From positions 6,618 to 70,617 of the forward strand of contig CAIPHT010000015.1 in assembly GCA_903864935.1 (NCBI GenBank): a stretch of DNA of 64,000 nucleotides. The letters are read 5' to 3'. This document shows positions 8,231-18,007 of this stretch, one piece after another. The notes beneath the pieces were generated by a model. It was not told the origin of the DNA and ran no database searches. It saw nothing but the letters and a program-made list of their open reading frames with translations. Within the stretch, counting starts at the first letter, position 1; each line of letters opens with the position of its first letter. A program made the translations under genes and the position numbers. This DNA is from Candidatus Vogelbacteria bacterium (lineage in GTDB: Bacteria > Patescibacteriota > Minisyncoccia > Phycocordibacterales > XYD1-FULL-46-19).

Positions 8231-9886
8231 ATGAAAAAGCACAAGTATATTTTTGTTTTAGGGGGAGTGATGTCGGGTGTTGGTAAGGGGGTGACGGCGT
8301 CGTCAATTGGGAAGATCCTGCAATCGCGCGGTTATAAAGTTAATCCGATCAAGATTGACCCGTATCTTAATGTCGATGCCGGGACAATGAATCCGATTGA
8401 GCATGGCGAAGTCTTCGTGCTTGATTCGGGGCTCGAGTGCGATCAAGATATGGGCAATTATGAGCGCTTCTTGGACGTGAGTGTGCCCCATGAGAGTTAT
8501 ATGACAAGTGGCATGGTCTATAAATATGTGATTGATAAAGAGCGAGCCCTAGGTTATGGCGGTCGTTGTGTGGACCCCGTGCCTTTTATCGGTGAAGAGA
8601 TTTATCGTCGCATTAATCTCTCGATTAAGAAGACAGGCTCAGACATTACCATTATTGAGATTGGGGGGACAATTGGTGAATATCAGAATGTGATGTTTAT
8701 CGAAGCAGCCCGTGTGCTTAAATTAAGGAATCCTGAAGACGTGCTCTTTGTTCTCGTGAGTTACTTGCCGGTACCAAATAAGATTGGCGAGATGAAGACC
8801 AAACCAACTCAATCGGCCGTGCAAACTATGAACTCTTATGGTATCCATCCTGATATTATTATTGCTCGCGCTGATCGCCCGCTTGATACAAGACGCAAAG
8901 AGAAGATCGCTTTCATGAGTAATATCACGACCGAGAGCATTATCTCGGCGCCGGATATTGAGAGTATTTATGACATCCCCATTAATTTTGAGAAAGATCA
9001 TCTTGGTGAGCGTTTGCTGAAATTACTTAAACTTAAATCTAAAACCAGTGACCTTAAGGCTTGGGCCAAGATGACCGAGAAAGTTAAGAAAGCGAAGACT
9101 GAGGTAAGGATTGGGATTGTGGGGAAATATTTCAAAACGGGGGACTTCGTTTTATCAGATGTTTATATTTCAGTAATCGAATCGCTTAAGCACGCGGCGA
9201 CCTCTCTTGATAAGAAGGTGAAAATTGATTGGCTCGATTCACATGATTATGAAGAGGATCCAAAGAAATTAAAAGATCTAAAAAAATATCAGGGCATCTT
9301 AGTGCCGGGGGGTTTCGGCGAGCGGGGGATAGAAGGTAAGATTCGCGCGATTCAATTTGCGAGAGAGAACAAGATTCCTTATTTTGGTTTGTGTTATGGG
9401 ATGCAATTAGCGGTCATTGAATTTGCCCGTCACGTGGTGGGGCTTAAAGACGCCCACACGACCGAGATTAATCCCGAGACCAAGAATCCGGTGGTGGTGA
9501 TTATGGATGAACAGCGCAAGCTTATGGCGAATAAGAATTATGGGGGCACTATGCGCCTCGGGGCCTATCCTTGTCTTCTTAAGCCCAAAACCATTGCCCT
9601 AGAGGCCTACAAGGCCGGTGGGAGGCTAGAGAAGGGGGATAAAATCAGCGAACGTCACAGACACCGCTTCGAGGTGAATCCGGCCTATGTCGAGCAATTG
9701 GAGGCCAAGGGGCTCGTTTTCTCCGGTACTTCGCCCAATGGTGTCTTGATGGAGATTGCCGAGTTGCCTCGCAAAGATCACCCCTTCTTCTTAGGTTCCC
9801 AATTCCACCCTGAGTTCAAATCCTCACCCTTAAATCCCCACCCACTCTTCGTGGAGTTCGTAAAATCCGCCAGCAGACAAAAATAA
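8231..9886 (+). CDS. pyrG: CTP synthase
   Basis: GGVMSGVGKG, DPYLNVDAGTMNP, GLCYGMQ, QFHPEF. Confidence 0.98.
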   Translation: MKKHKYIFVLGGVMSGVGKGVTASSIGKILQSRGYKVNPIKIDPYLNVDAGTMNPIEHGEVFVLDSGLECDQDMGNYERFLDVSVPHESYMTSGMVYKYVIDKERALGYGGRCVDPVPFIGEEIYRRINLSIKKTGSDITIIEIGGTIGEYQNVMFIEAARVLKLRNPEDVLFVLVSYLPVPNKIGEMKTKPTQSAVQTMNSYGIHPDIIIARADRPLDTRRKEKIAFMSNITTESIISAPDIESIYDIPINFEKDHLGERLLKLLKLKSKTSDLKAWAKMTEKVKKAKTEVRIGIVGKYFKTGDFVLSDVYISVIESLKHAATSLDKKVKIDWLDSHDYEEDPKKLKDLKKYQGILVPGGFGERGIEGKIRAIQFARENKIPYFGLCYGMQLAVIEFARHVVGLKDAHTTEINPETKNPVVVIMDEQRKLMANKNYGGTMRLGAYPCLLKPKTIALEAYKAGGRLEKGDKISERHRHRFEVNPAYVEQLEAKGLVFSGTSPNGVLMEIAELPRKDHPFFLGSQFHPEFKSSPLNPHPLFVEFVKSASRQK

Positions 9887-9906
9887 TCAAGGGCGTGCCT
9901 TGATTA
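9884..9906. repeat. REP-like palindrome upstream of transposase
   Basis: TAATCAAGG-GCGTG-CCTTGATTA, overlapping the pyrG stop codon. Confidence 0.9.
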
Positions 9907-9935
9907 AAAAATAGGCTAGTCTTATAATTATCTTC

Positions 9936-10610
9936 ATGCAAAGAAATTTTTCTTTTAGTGTGGGAGAAATTTATCATCTTTATAATCGCGGAGTTAATAA
10001 ACAGCCTATTTTTTTAAATGAACATGACAGAGTTCGTTTTTTAATTTTGCTTTATCTTTGCAACGGGAGCAATGATGTCCATATTAGTAACAATAATCAA
10101 GGGCGTGCCTTGATTGAGCGAGAGTACTTTGATCTAGATAAGGGGGAGCCTCTTGTTGAAATTATTGCTTACTGCTTAATGCCAAATCATTTTCACCTTT
10201 TAGTTAAGGAAAAAGAAGAGGGTGGTATTTCTAAATTTATGTTGAAGCTTCTGACTGGCTATGGAATGTATTTTAACAAAAGAAATCAAAGAACCGGACC
10301 AATTTTTGAAGGTCGTTTTAAAGCGAAACATGTTTTTGAAGATTCTTATTTAGAATACTTGCTTGCTTATATTCATTTGAATCCTGTTAAAATAAAAGAT
10401 GAAGAAGGTTGGAATGGAAAAAGTATCCCTGATCTAGCTAGGGCGAAGGAATTCCTTGAAGACTATCGATTTTCTAGCTACCTATTTTTTCTCGGTCAAG
10501 ATCGGCCAGAAAATAGCATTTTTAATATTGAAGCTTTATCAGAAGAAGTTTTGGGAGAGCAAAAAAATCTTAAAGAGTTAGTTAAGCTTTGGTCAGACTT
10601 TGAAGTTTAG
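9936..10610 (+). mobile_element. REP-associated tyrosine (Y1/HUH) transposase-like CDS
   Basis: YHLYNRG, YCLMPNHFHL (HUH), GPIFEGRFK, YIHLNP, YRFSSY; flanked by inverted REP copies. Confidence 0.9.
10092..10115. repeat. REP copy inside the transposase ORF
   Basis: 24 nt identical to 9882-9905; encodes NNQGRALI. Confidence 0.9.
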
Positions 10611-10616
10611 ATAAAA

Positions 10617-10643
10617 AATAATCAAGGCACGCCCTTGATTATT
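10617..10643. repeat. inverted REP copy downstream of transposase
   Basis: AATAATCAAGG-CACGC-CCTTGATTATT, overlapping the stop of the convergent gene. Confidence 0.9.
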
Positions 10644-11835
10644 GGGGAGAGGTTTGATTTTTTAATTCTTCAACAATTTGCTCGTGAGATTTTCTCTTTG
10701 GCCAGACTAAATTACCATCAGTATCATAAATAGGGATTAAGAGCTCCGGGGTATGGCCATACGTTCTTAGTAAAAGATTTCCTAAATCATCAACAACTCT
10801 GTCTGCATCAATAAAGTCTTTTTCGCGAAGAGAGATTAGGTCAATGACAATCCCTCTAAAAGATGTTGGTTTTATGCTTGGAGTTAACACAAAACCATAT
10901 TCAGAGGTTGGAACAGGCCGGCCTTCTTCATTGAAGCTCCCAACCATATACCCTTTTTTGTTTCTTAAATCTTCCCTGGTAAGATCTCTGCCTTGAGCTT
11001 TTTTCATTTCTTCGTAAAGACCAAAGAGTTGGGGGTCATTGTGTTGGTATTTTTTCCCCTCAATAATTTTGTCTTTATTTCTGTAAATAGAACTTTCTTT
11101 CCCTTCGCCAGGTAACTCATCGAAAGATTCTATGTCGAATAGTAAGGCAATAGAATTTGGAGAAATCCAGTGAGAACTAGCAATTTCAGTTTTACCTATA
11201 GAAAAATATTTTTTTTCATGTCCGCCTCGACCAGTTATATTAAAATGAACAAAAACATTTTTACCCCCTTCAGGGGATCGGTTCTTCTCATATGAAGTTA
11301 GGGCCTTATCTATAAAACCTTCTCTATCTAGGCGATCATCGTCTTCATAATTTAATCCCAATAACCCACGATTTAAGATTCTTCTTATGTTAAACAATTC
11401 TTTTCTCCAGTCTTCCTCGAAAGCTTCTTTCTCCCGTTCCGGCAAACTGTTCCACATTTCCCATATTTCTTGTTCAACTTGAACTCTGGTCTTTCCTTTT
11501 GTTGGCCAATCTCTTGTTTTTTGCTCGGCTTCTTTCGCTAATCTGTTAGATTTCCATATTGCAGCTATATTCGAATAGGCGGTCCCTTTTGCGTCAATAT
11601 CCTGGACTTTAGTCATAATCTTTTCGATCACCTCTGGTGTTAATTTAATTTCTCCTTTATGAGGGACAGCTTCTCTCCGTTTAATATCCAACAATTCATC
11701 TTCAAGATCATATTGACCGCCAGAAAATGAACCTTTTTGTCCTGGATGTTTTTCACCAAGACTTGTTCTTAATTCCTCGGCTTCTTTGAGGGCGTCGCCT
11801 AAATTTAGTGGTTTTTGTTCAAATTTTTCAGGCAT
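10639..11835 (-). CDS. hypothetical protein (AT-rich, charged; possible ART-like fold)
   Basis: 398-aa open frame; only a weak motif pattern. Confidence 0.65.
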   Translation of the reverse strand: MPEKFEQKPLNLGDALKEAEELRTSLGEKHPGQKGSFSGGQYDLEDELLDIKRREAVPHKGEIKLTPEVIEKIMTKVQDIDAKGTAYSNIAAIWKSNRLAKEAEQKTRDWPTKGKTRVQVEQEIWEMWNSLPEREKEAFEEDWRKELFNIRRILNRGLLGLNYEDDDRLDREGFIDKALTSYEKNRSPEGGKNVFVHFNITGRGGHEKKYFSIGKTEIASSHWISPNSIALLFDIESFDELPGEGKESSIYRNKDKIIEGKKYQHNDPQLFGLYEEMKKAQGRDLTREDLRNKKGYMVGSFNEEGRPVPTSEYGFVLTPSIKPTSFRGIVIDLISLREKDFIDADRVVDDLGNLLLRTYGHTPELLIPIYDTDGNLVWPKRKSHEQIVEELKNQTSPQ

Positions 11836-11849
11836 AATTTTCTAAGTAA

Positions 11850-12563
11850 CTAAATTAATTTCCCTAGGTAGTGATTGAGCGTATAAATCCAATCTTCGTC
11901 ATCGGCTTCGCCCTCTAATTTTTGCTTCAGGAGCCATTCGAGATAACCGCGGTCGGTCTTGGCGACATCGGCGATAGCTTCGTCTTTGTGCTTGCCAAAA
12001 TTAAACTTCTTGTAGAGAGCCGGCGTGTTCGAAATCTTAATCATCTTCGCGATGGTCTCGTCGTCACTTAAGCCCTCGGACTTAATCTTTTGGAATTGAC
12101 GGTTGAAGATGGCTTCGAGCACATTCACATCACCTTCGGCATCATGCGCCCCACCCTCGATCTCAAGATCAAGGTAATAGCGTAAGAATTGCAAATTATA
12201 CTCGGGGATAATCGCCTCGGTATCAAGATAGCGAGCCACGCGCAGGGTACAAATAAAGTGGGGGACCTTGAGACCCTCGGCCTCGAGAATAGCGATATCA
12301 AACTTGGCATTATGGGCGATTAAGACGTGGTCGGCGAGCAAGGTCTCTAGTTCTTGCTTCATAGCGCTACCTTCGAAGGCAGGTTTGTCTTCAACCATCT
12401 TGTTAGTGATGTGGGTGATACTTGATGACTTGGTTGAGATAGGAAGCGGTGGTTTGAAGTATTCGGTTCTGGTCCCGTCTTTGGTGCGATAACAGACTTG
12501 GCAGAGACGATCCTTGGCCACTTCATTGCCGGTGGTCTCAGTGTCTAAGAAAAGTAGATTCAT
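11850..12563 (-). CDS. DEDDh 3'-5' exonuclease (DnaQ/ExoX-like)
   Basis: FLDTETTG, AHNAKFD, AHDAEGD, C-terminal FGKHK...GYLEWL. Confidence 0.9.
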   Translation of the reverse strand: MNLLFLDTETTGNEVAKDRLCQVCYRTKDGTRTEYFKPPLPISTKSSSITHITNKMVEDKPAFEGSAMKQELETLLADHVLIAHNAKFDIAILEAEGLKVPHFICTLRVARYLDTEAIIPEYNLQFLRYYLDLEIEGGAHDAEGDVNVLEAIFNRQFQKIKSEGLSDDETIAKMIKISNTPALYKKFNFGKHKDEAIADVAKTDRGYLEWLLKQKLEGEADDEDWIYTLNHYLGKLI

Positions 12564-12575
12564 ATTGTTTTATCT

Positions 12576-13214
12576 TTAGTTGCGATTAATGCCTTCGATT
12601 AATTTTGGTTTGCCACTGGTGTCGATAATTCGTGCCGGGGCGCTGTAGTTATCCGTCTTAATCTTGCTTTGATCTAAAGTGAGGACTTTGGTTTGGGCGT
12701 CATCAACTATTTTTTTGTAACCATCAATTTGAGTTTGGGTTAAGCCTGAATCCTCCGGAGAGAGTCCGCTGATCGCTGCGCTGAGATCGTTGAGGTAATC
12801 TAAAACAATCTTACGATTTTCTTCGGAGAGACTCTGGAGACTTGAGTTAGAGAGAGACCCTGGTTCGGCGATAAGTTTGGCCCAGTCTTGGAGGAGCTTG
12901 TTTAACTCGGCTCTTTTGGTATTGATTAACTTTTTATCATTAAGATTAGCCAGACGAATTTTGATCTCGGGGTTAGGCCCTAGGGGGTTAGAGAAGAGAC
13001 TGTCGGTCCCTGATTGAAGGGCGTCTCTTGCTCCGATATAAGTTAGGGCGGGGATATTAGAGCTTTGGTTGCTGGAGTTTTCTTGAATCATTTTTTCGAT
13101 CTTGGCGTCACTTGTTGCTTGGGGAGTAATGGCCGGGCTCATCTTGTGGAAGAACCAAAAGCCAATAATAATGATTATTAAGATAAGGCTAGTGATTAAA
13201 AATATTTTTTTCAT
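12576..13214 (-). CDS. hypothetical membrane-anchored protein
   Basis: N-terminal TM followed by a helical domain. Confidence 0.65.
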   Translation of the reverse strand: MKKIFLITSLILIIIIIGFWFFHKMSPAITPQATSDAKIEKMIQENSSNQSSNIPALTYIGARDALQSGTDSLFSNPLGPNPEIKIRLANLNDKKLINTKRAELNKLLQDWAKLIAEPGSLSNSSLQSLSEENRKIVLDYLNDLSAAISGLSPEDSGLTQTQIDGYKKIVDDAQTKVLTLDQSKIKTDNYSAPARIIDTSGKPKLIEGINRN

Positions 13215-13232
13215 TCCATTTATCTTACACTA

Positions 13233-13958
13233 CTAATGAGCTTGGGTGAAGAGGACACGGGCAGGCCCGTCAGCCTTCTTGGTCTTCTCGTTATAGTCGT
13301 GGAAAGAACTTATAAATAATTGGTAACCATAGCGATGACCATTGCCCTGCTTAAGATCCCCCGGGTCGTTTGTTAAGAACTCCTGCTTGCTGTCATCATA
13401 ACCACGAATCACCATCACGTGATAGGAGGAACCATTCGGAGCAAAGGGGATATTGGGGTTCTTAAGATCAAAACCGTGGTGGAAGCTGACAACAGGGTGA
13501 CCTTCTCTCAATTCATTTTTAATTTCTTCGAGCGTTGGATTATCTTTTATTACAGCGCGATAAGATTCATAATTATTTATCAGATAAGCCGTGCGCAGGG
13601 CAGAGGAGTTGTCGTTGCTACCATAGAGTTTGTCTTGGGTGGCAAAAAGAATTTTCATTGCCTCGACGGCAGTGCTTGTGCTAATGGTCTTATCACCTTG
13701 GTAGAACTTCGCAATCATGGTCATGCTGGCCTCTTCGCAGGCGTTGACCCAGGGGCGTTTCTCTATCCCCTCGGGCATCTCGCTGGCATAAGGAACGGGC
13801 AAGTCTACTTTATTAGCAATAGTGACAAAACTTTGTTCGCTTGATTTTGTTGGAAGCTTAATTTCAAAATGCGTAATTAAGCCATAGGCAATTAGGCCGA
13901 TAGAAAAGATAAAGAGAATTAAATAAGTAAAAAACTGTTTTGGCGTAAACATGTTCAA
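13233..13958 (-). CDS. C39-like cysteine peptidase, membrane-anchored
   Basis: VPY...NACEEASMTM, YHVMVIRGYD, FLTNDPG. Confidence 0.82.
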   Translation of the reverse strand: MNMFTPKQFFTYLILFIFSIGLIAYGLITHFEIKLPTKSSEQSFVTIANKVDLPVPYASEMPEGIEKRPWVNACEEASMTMIAKFYQGDKTISTSTAVEAMKILFATQDKLYGSNDNSSALRTAYLINNYESYRAVIKDNPTLEEIKNELREGHPVVSFHHGFDLKNPNIPFAPNGSSYHVMVIRGYDDSKQEFLTNDPGDLKQGNGHRYGYQLFISSFHDYNEKTKKADGPARVLFTQAH

Positions 13959-13964
13959 CCTGGA

Positions 13965-15098
13965 CTATTGATACTGAATAAAGCTTGGCTGAGGTTTAAC
14001 TCTCAAGACCTCGGTGGGGGTCATCATGCGGCCTCCCTCCTCTTTATAATCATTTTTATAGAAGAGCTTGAAGCCGGTAAATTGGATAGGATAATCGTAG
14101 ATGTAGTTTTTATAAGTATTCAATTTGCGCGCTTGCATGCCCCAGCCATCCATATCCATAACAATCTGAACTTCAGGCAAGGGCTTGATACTCATGGCGT
14201 TGGTCACCATGTTTTGGGTGAAGCGATGAACGATGAGAATCTTGGGTGGGAGATTGTTGTCGCGCACTAACTTGGCCAAATAATTGGCCGTCACATTTAC
14301 CTCGCTCCCGTCGACCGTGCCGATATAGTCGCCCGGCTTCTGGCCGTTCTTCATGCAAAATTCGGGATCAATCGCGAGGTGCACTTGAGGAAGTTTGAGA
14401 TAGGGTTCGAGGACCTTAATCTCTCGCTGGAGATTACCAAGGCCCGGTTGAACTTCTAAAATTACGATAGCCTGCTTCTTGGCGGCCATCTTGATAACCT
14501 TATCAATCTCGGTGCTTGGCATACGTAAGCTATAATCTCCGTCTTGTCCGGCACTGCCTTGGGCGGTAGCGACAATATAATCAAGCGCGGGTTGCACGGG
14601 GGTATTGGGGTCAGCGAGTTCCCACTTCTTAATCTCAACTTCGAGACGTCTTAACATTTCCGCTTCGGGATACTCACCAAGAACCCCCATCCTGGTGGAG
14701 TAGAGGTTGCCATAATAAGCGACGACTCGTTTGAAGGGGAGGATGGCGCCGGCGTTAGGGTAAACGGCTTTGGCGGGCCAAAGACTTTTTATTTTTTTGG
14801 TCGAACTAGCGGTACTACTTGAGATTGTTGCTGAGGGAATATTTTTGCTGGTGGTGGCATTAGCTAATTGCCAGAGTTTGAGATCATAGGCGACCTTATC
14901 TAAGACAGGGACAGTGTTGACGGGCAGAGTACTGGTGGAGCTTGTGGCCTGATTGACTAAGGCGAGAGCCTCAGCTTGGTTATAGTGAGCGGGGAAGAGG
15001 TAGCCTGAATACATATAGCCAAAAACCAAAAAAGCGCCCAAAAAGGTTATTCCCATGATTCGAGTCCGAAACCCTTTATTGTGACGTTTTTTTGTCAT
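13965..15098 (-). CDS. conserved exported protein (possible glycoside hydrolase-like barrel)
   Basis: TM anchor; RVVAYYG...MGVLGE, VHLAIDPEF, DMDGWG, GFKLFY; ATG 15098. Confidence 0.7.
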   Translation of the reverse strand: MTKKRHNKGFRTRIMGITFLGAFLVFGYMYSGYLFPAHYNQAEALALVNQATSSTSTLPVNTVPVLDKVAYDLKLWQLANATTSKNIPSATISSSTASSTKKIKSLWPAKAVYPNAGAILPFKRVVAYYGNLYSTRMGVLGEYPEAEMLRRLEVEIKKWELADPNTPVQPALDYIVATAQGSAGQDGDYSLRMPSTEIDKVIKMAAKKQAIVILEVQPGLGNLQREIKVLEPYLKLPQVHLAIDPEFCMKNGQKPGDYIGTVDGSEVNVTANYLAKLVRDNNLPPKILIVHRFTQNMVTNAMSIKPLPEVQIVMDMDGWGMQARKLNTYKNYIYDYPIQFTGFKLFYKNDYKEEGGRMMTPTEVLRVKPQPSFIQYQ

Positions 15099-15681
15099 AC
15101 TGAGCCCTAATTGTAGCATAAATAAGGAAGATAACGATGAAGATGGCGAGGGGAACGAGAGTGAGGGTGGCCCCATAATTCTGAAATTGATCGCCAAAAA
15201 AATAACCGCCCAAGCTGAAGAGGGCGACATCTAGAGCTTCGCCGATGAGGTCAATAAGTAAAAATTTTTGGAAAGAGATATTGGAGGACAAACCTGACAG
15301 AACATTGACCACTGGCCCGGCCGCTGTGACAAAACGACTAAAAAAGATTGTGGGAACGGGATGTCTTTTGACATATTGCTCAGCTTCTCGGTAATAACGA
15401 TATCCGGCGACGCGCCTAATCCCCCTAAACTTCAGAACTTTTGGCCCGTAGAAACGAGCAAGAAGGAAACCCGAACAATCGCCCAAAACGAAGCCGAGAA
15501 AAGCGACCACGATGGTTAGAGGCAAACTAACATAACCGCTCCCGGCAAAGACGCTCATGGCGGTGAGGCTGGTGGTGGCTGGAAGGGGGAGGGCCAGAGA
15601 TGCTGTGAAGCAAATTAAAAATAGGGCCCAATACTTATAGACTAAGACGAAGGGGACTAAGGTATCAAGAAGGAGAGACAT
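15076..15681 (-). CDS. DedA family membrane protein
   Basis: LPLP...GFVLGD..GFLLARFYG, IFFSRF. Confidence 0.85.
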   Translation of the reverse strand: MSLLLDTLVPFVLVYKYWALFLICFTASLALPLPATTSLTAMSVFAGSGYVSLPLTIVVAFLGFVLGDCSGFLLARFYGPKVLKFRGIRRVAGYRYYREAEQYVKRHPVPTIFFSRFVTAAGPVVNVLSGLSSNISFQKFLLIDLIGEALDVALFSLGGYFFGDQFQNYGATLTLVPLAIFIVIFLIYATIRAQYDKKTSQ

Positions 15682-16027
15682 AGTTTAGGTAATTACCGAT
15701 GGCACTTCGAACTTCTTCTAAGAATTTGAGATGATCGAGCTTGTGGCGGTCGGCATAAGCCTCGATTGAGATATTGGGATACTTGCTGTCGGGAGCGGGG
15801 AGCTGGCTCTCGAGATAGGTTGGTGGAAGGCGGAAGACAAAATTGAGATAGTCAAAAGTGAGCCAAGACTGAACTCGCCCAAGATCGTTCTTGGTCCAGG
15901 CTTGATGTCTTTGTGTGGGGCGAAGATGGAGGGGCTGGCTTGTTTTGTTGACGAGAAAAGCGACGCCACCAAGAAGAATCATGACAATAATAAGTGCCAA
16001 AAGGATCTCTTGTTTGGGCTTCTCCAT
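15665..16027 (-). CDS. hypothetical membrane-anchored protein
   Basis: TM segment, WLTFDYLNFVFRLP; overlaps the dedA start. Confidence 0.65.
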   Translation of the reverse strand: MEKPKQEILLALIIVMILLGGVAFLVNKTSQPLHLRPTQRHQAWTKNDLGRVQSWLTFDYLNFVFRLPPTYLESQLPAPDSKYPNISIEAYADRHKLDHLKFLEEVRSAIGNYLNYVSPS

Positions 16028-16046
16028 CTAGAAAGTATAGCGCAAT

Positions 16047-16631
16047 TTAGAAGCCGAAGATACGTCCAAAGAATTGTCTAAACATCCCAACTCGAGGGGC
16101 CACTCGTCTGTCGCTTGTTGTCGCTAGGGTTGAGCTAGCCTTCCCCTCCTTATGGCCAAATATTTTTTCTTTGTCACCAAGCTTGATTCTTGGTCCACCA
16201 AGTTGACCTTCACGAATCAAATTGGCGGTGACGCTGGTGCCACTCACTGTCCCAGCGATCATGACAGCGTTACCGACAGTGAGACCTGAGATTGTCCCGG
16301 TGGCATTGTTCTTGATTACAATTTTGGCTTTGCTGGCATCTACCGTGTAGCTAACTAAAGTTGAAGTACTATTGTTCCCCATCATGGCTCGGCCTTGGCG
16401 ACCAGAGACGGTGAGGGTTGTGCCGTTAATAGCGGTAATCGTGCCGAAGATGCCATTAAGACCCGGCTTTTCTCCTCGTACAAGGTTGCCAATCCCGCGC
16501 ATTAGGCCAGGTCGCCTCGCTTCGGGCTTGGTAGTGCTACCATTCTCGGCCGCCAGAGCTTGCCCGGCGAAGGCGGTGGCCGCAATAATGGCTAAACTTA
16601 AAGCGCCCAGGGCATATTTTTTGTTTTTCAT
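16047..16631 (-). CDS. exported protein, DUF5666-like
   Basis: Signal peptide; GTITAINGTTLTV...YTVDAS...LTVG..V.IAG. Confidence 0.65.
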   Translation of the reverse strand: MKNKKYALGALSLAIIAATAFAGQALAAENGSTTKPEARRPGLMRGIGNLVRGEKPGLNGIFGTITAINGTTLTVSGRQGRAMMGNNSTSTLVSYTVDASKAKIVIKNNATGTISGLTVGNAVMIAGTVSGTSVTANLIREGQLGGPRIKLGDKEKIFGHKEGKASSTLATTSDRRVAPRVGMFRQFFGRIFGF

Positions 16632-16730
16632 ATTTTTATTTTTCCCGTTAGACGGGTTTGATTAATAATCCTACCTTACTTCTTAATACGCACAAGGAAC
16701 TTAAAAAGTTTCAAAAATAGATGGGAGTTC

Positions 16731-17213
16731 TTATTTGTTGAACTCCGCTTCAGCCCGGGAGGCGAGATCCATGAGTTTAGAAATATCTTCGGTTGAGAAC
16801 TTGCGAGGTTTGGTATCCTTAATACATAGAACGCCAATATTCATTCCCATCTTGTCATAGAGAGCCACGCCGGCGTAGAAGCGAATATAAGGTTTGCCAA
16901 TGACCATGGGGTTATCTTTGAAACGTTCGTCCTCCAAAGCATCTTCAACAATGAAGACGTCTCGCGACAACATGGCATGAGCACAAAAAGAGATGGCTCG
17001 TGGTGCCTCGGTGCTGTCTAAACCTTGGCGAGACTTATACCACTCGCGGTCCTTGTCCATAATTGTGATTGTTGAAATAGGTACATTAAAAGCGGTCATC
17101 GCTTCACGAGTGATAGTATCGAAGCGTTCCTCTGGTGCACTATCTAGTAGCCCGAGGTCCATAATCTTCTTCAAGCGCTCGTCTTCATTTGTTGGTAATG
17201 GTGCTGATTGCAT
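16731..17213 (-). CDS. stand-alone GAF domain protein
   Basis: NEDERL..LLDSAPEERFD, SFCAHA, DNPMV..PYIRFYAG. Confidence 0.88.
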   Translation of the reverse strand: MQSAPLPTNEDERLKKIMDLGLLDSAPEERFDTITREAMTAFNVPISTITIMDKDREWYKSRQGLDSTEAPRAISFCAHAMLSRDVFIVEDALEDERFKDNPMVIGKPYIRFYAGVALYDKMGMNIGVLCIKDTKPRKFSTEDISKLMDLASRAEAEFNK

Positions 17214-17260
17214 GGGTTAATTATAACAAATCTGAATCTTTTGGGAACAACATCCCCAAG

Positions 17261-17283
17261 TGTGCAACACTAAGTGTTGCACA
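17261..17283. repeat. 23-bp palindrome (ACTWAGT centre)
   Basis: TGTGCAACACT-A-AGTGTTGCACA. Confidence 0.85.
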
Positions 17284-17292
17284 GTAGCCATC

Positions 17293-17985
17293 TTATTTTT
17301 TAGGATTCAAAAATTCTTCCATTTCTTCATTGGGAACATAAACTGTCGCTTCGGCGGGGTTTAAAAAAGTTGTATTTAGATAAAGCTCTTTTTCTACTGG
17401 CTCGCCAATCATTGGGTCGTAAATTAAATTATCATTTTGGCATACTGAGTGGCCCCCCCATGTTACCCTCCCCGAATAACGACGAGGGATAAGATCTTCG
17501 GTATTGCCTCCAAGATCGGTCTTCCTCCCCCTTATGTCTAGTATCTGAGGGTGTCCACCTTCGGCTATTAACAGTCTTGCAACATCACACGCAATAAGAC
17601 TGCAGGCGTGATTTGTGCCATAATCATTCTCTAGTTCAGAGAAGTTATCCTTCAGGTATTGCAAAGTTTTACCGAATCTCACTTCTTCTTTAATTTGCCA
17701 AATATCTTTTCTCTCATTAAATTTCTCTCTCTCAATTCTCTCTTCGTCAGGATAGGGGATGCCGGCTTTGCTCCCAGTAAAAACTATATGAATTAAGTCA
17801 GGGTATCCTTCCCATAGTCTAACTGTTCCTACCTGTCTCTCGCCGTCATAGCGTCCCCAAGGTTGGAAGCTTACTTCTTTGCCCTCGCCAAATTCTACAC
17901 TCCCCAAAGTTGCCAATTGATCGAAGTCTTTAATATGGGCTTCTTTTTCCTCTTTCCCTTCGGGTAATTCGCTGTTGTTATTCAT
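17293..17985 (-). CDS. hypothetical protein, possible papain/transglutaminase-like C-terminus
   Basis: HACSLIA...WGGHSVC...IYDP ordering of Cys-His-Asp. Confidence 0.6.
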   Translation of the reverse strand: MNNNSELPEGKEEKEAHIKDFDQLATLGSVEFGEGKEVSFQPWGRYDGERQVGTVRLWEGYPDLIHIVFTGSKAGIPYPDEERIEREKFNERKDIWQIKEEVRFGKTLQYLKDNFSELENDYGTNHACSLIACDVARLLIAEGGHPQILDIRGRKTDLGGNTEDLIPRRYSGRVTWGGHSVCQNDNLIYDPMIGEPVEKELYLNTTFLNPAEATVYVPNEEMEEFLNPKK

Positions 17986-18007
17986 ATCGACATTCAAGTA
18001 TGGAAGA

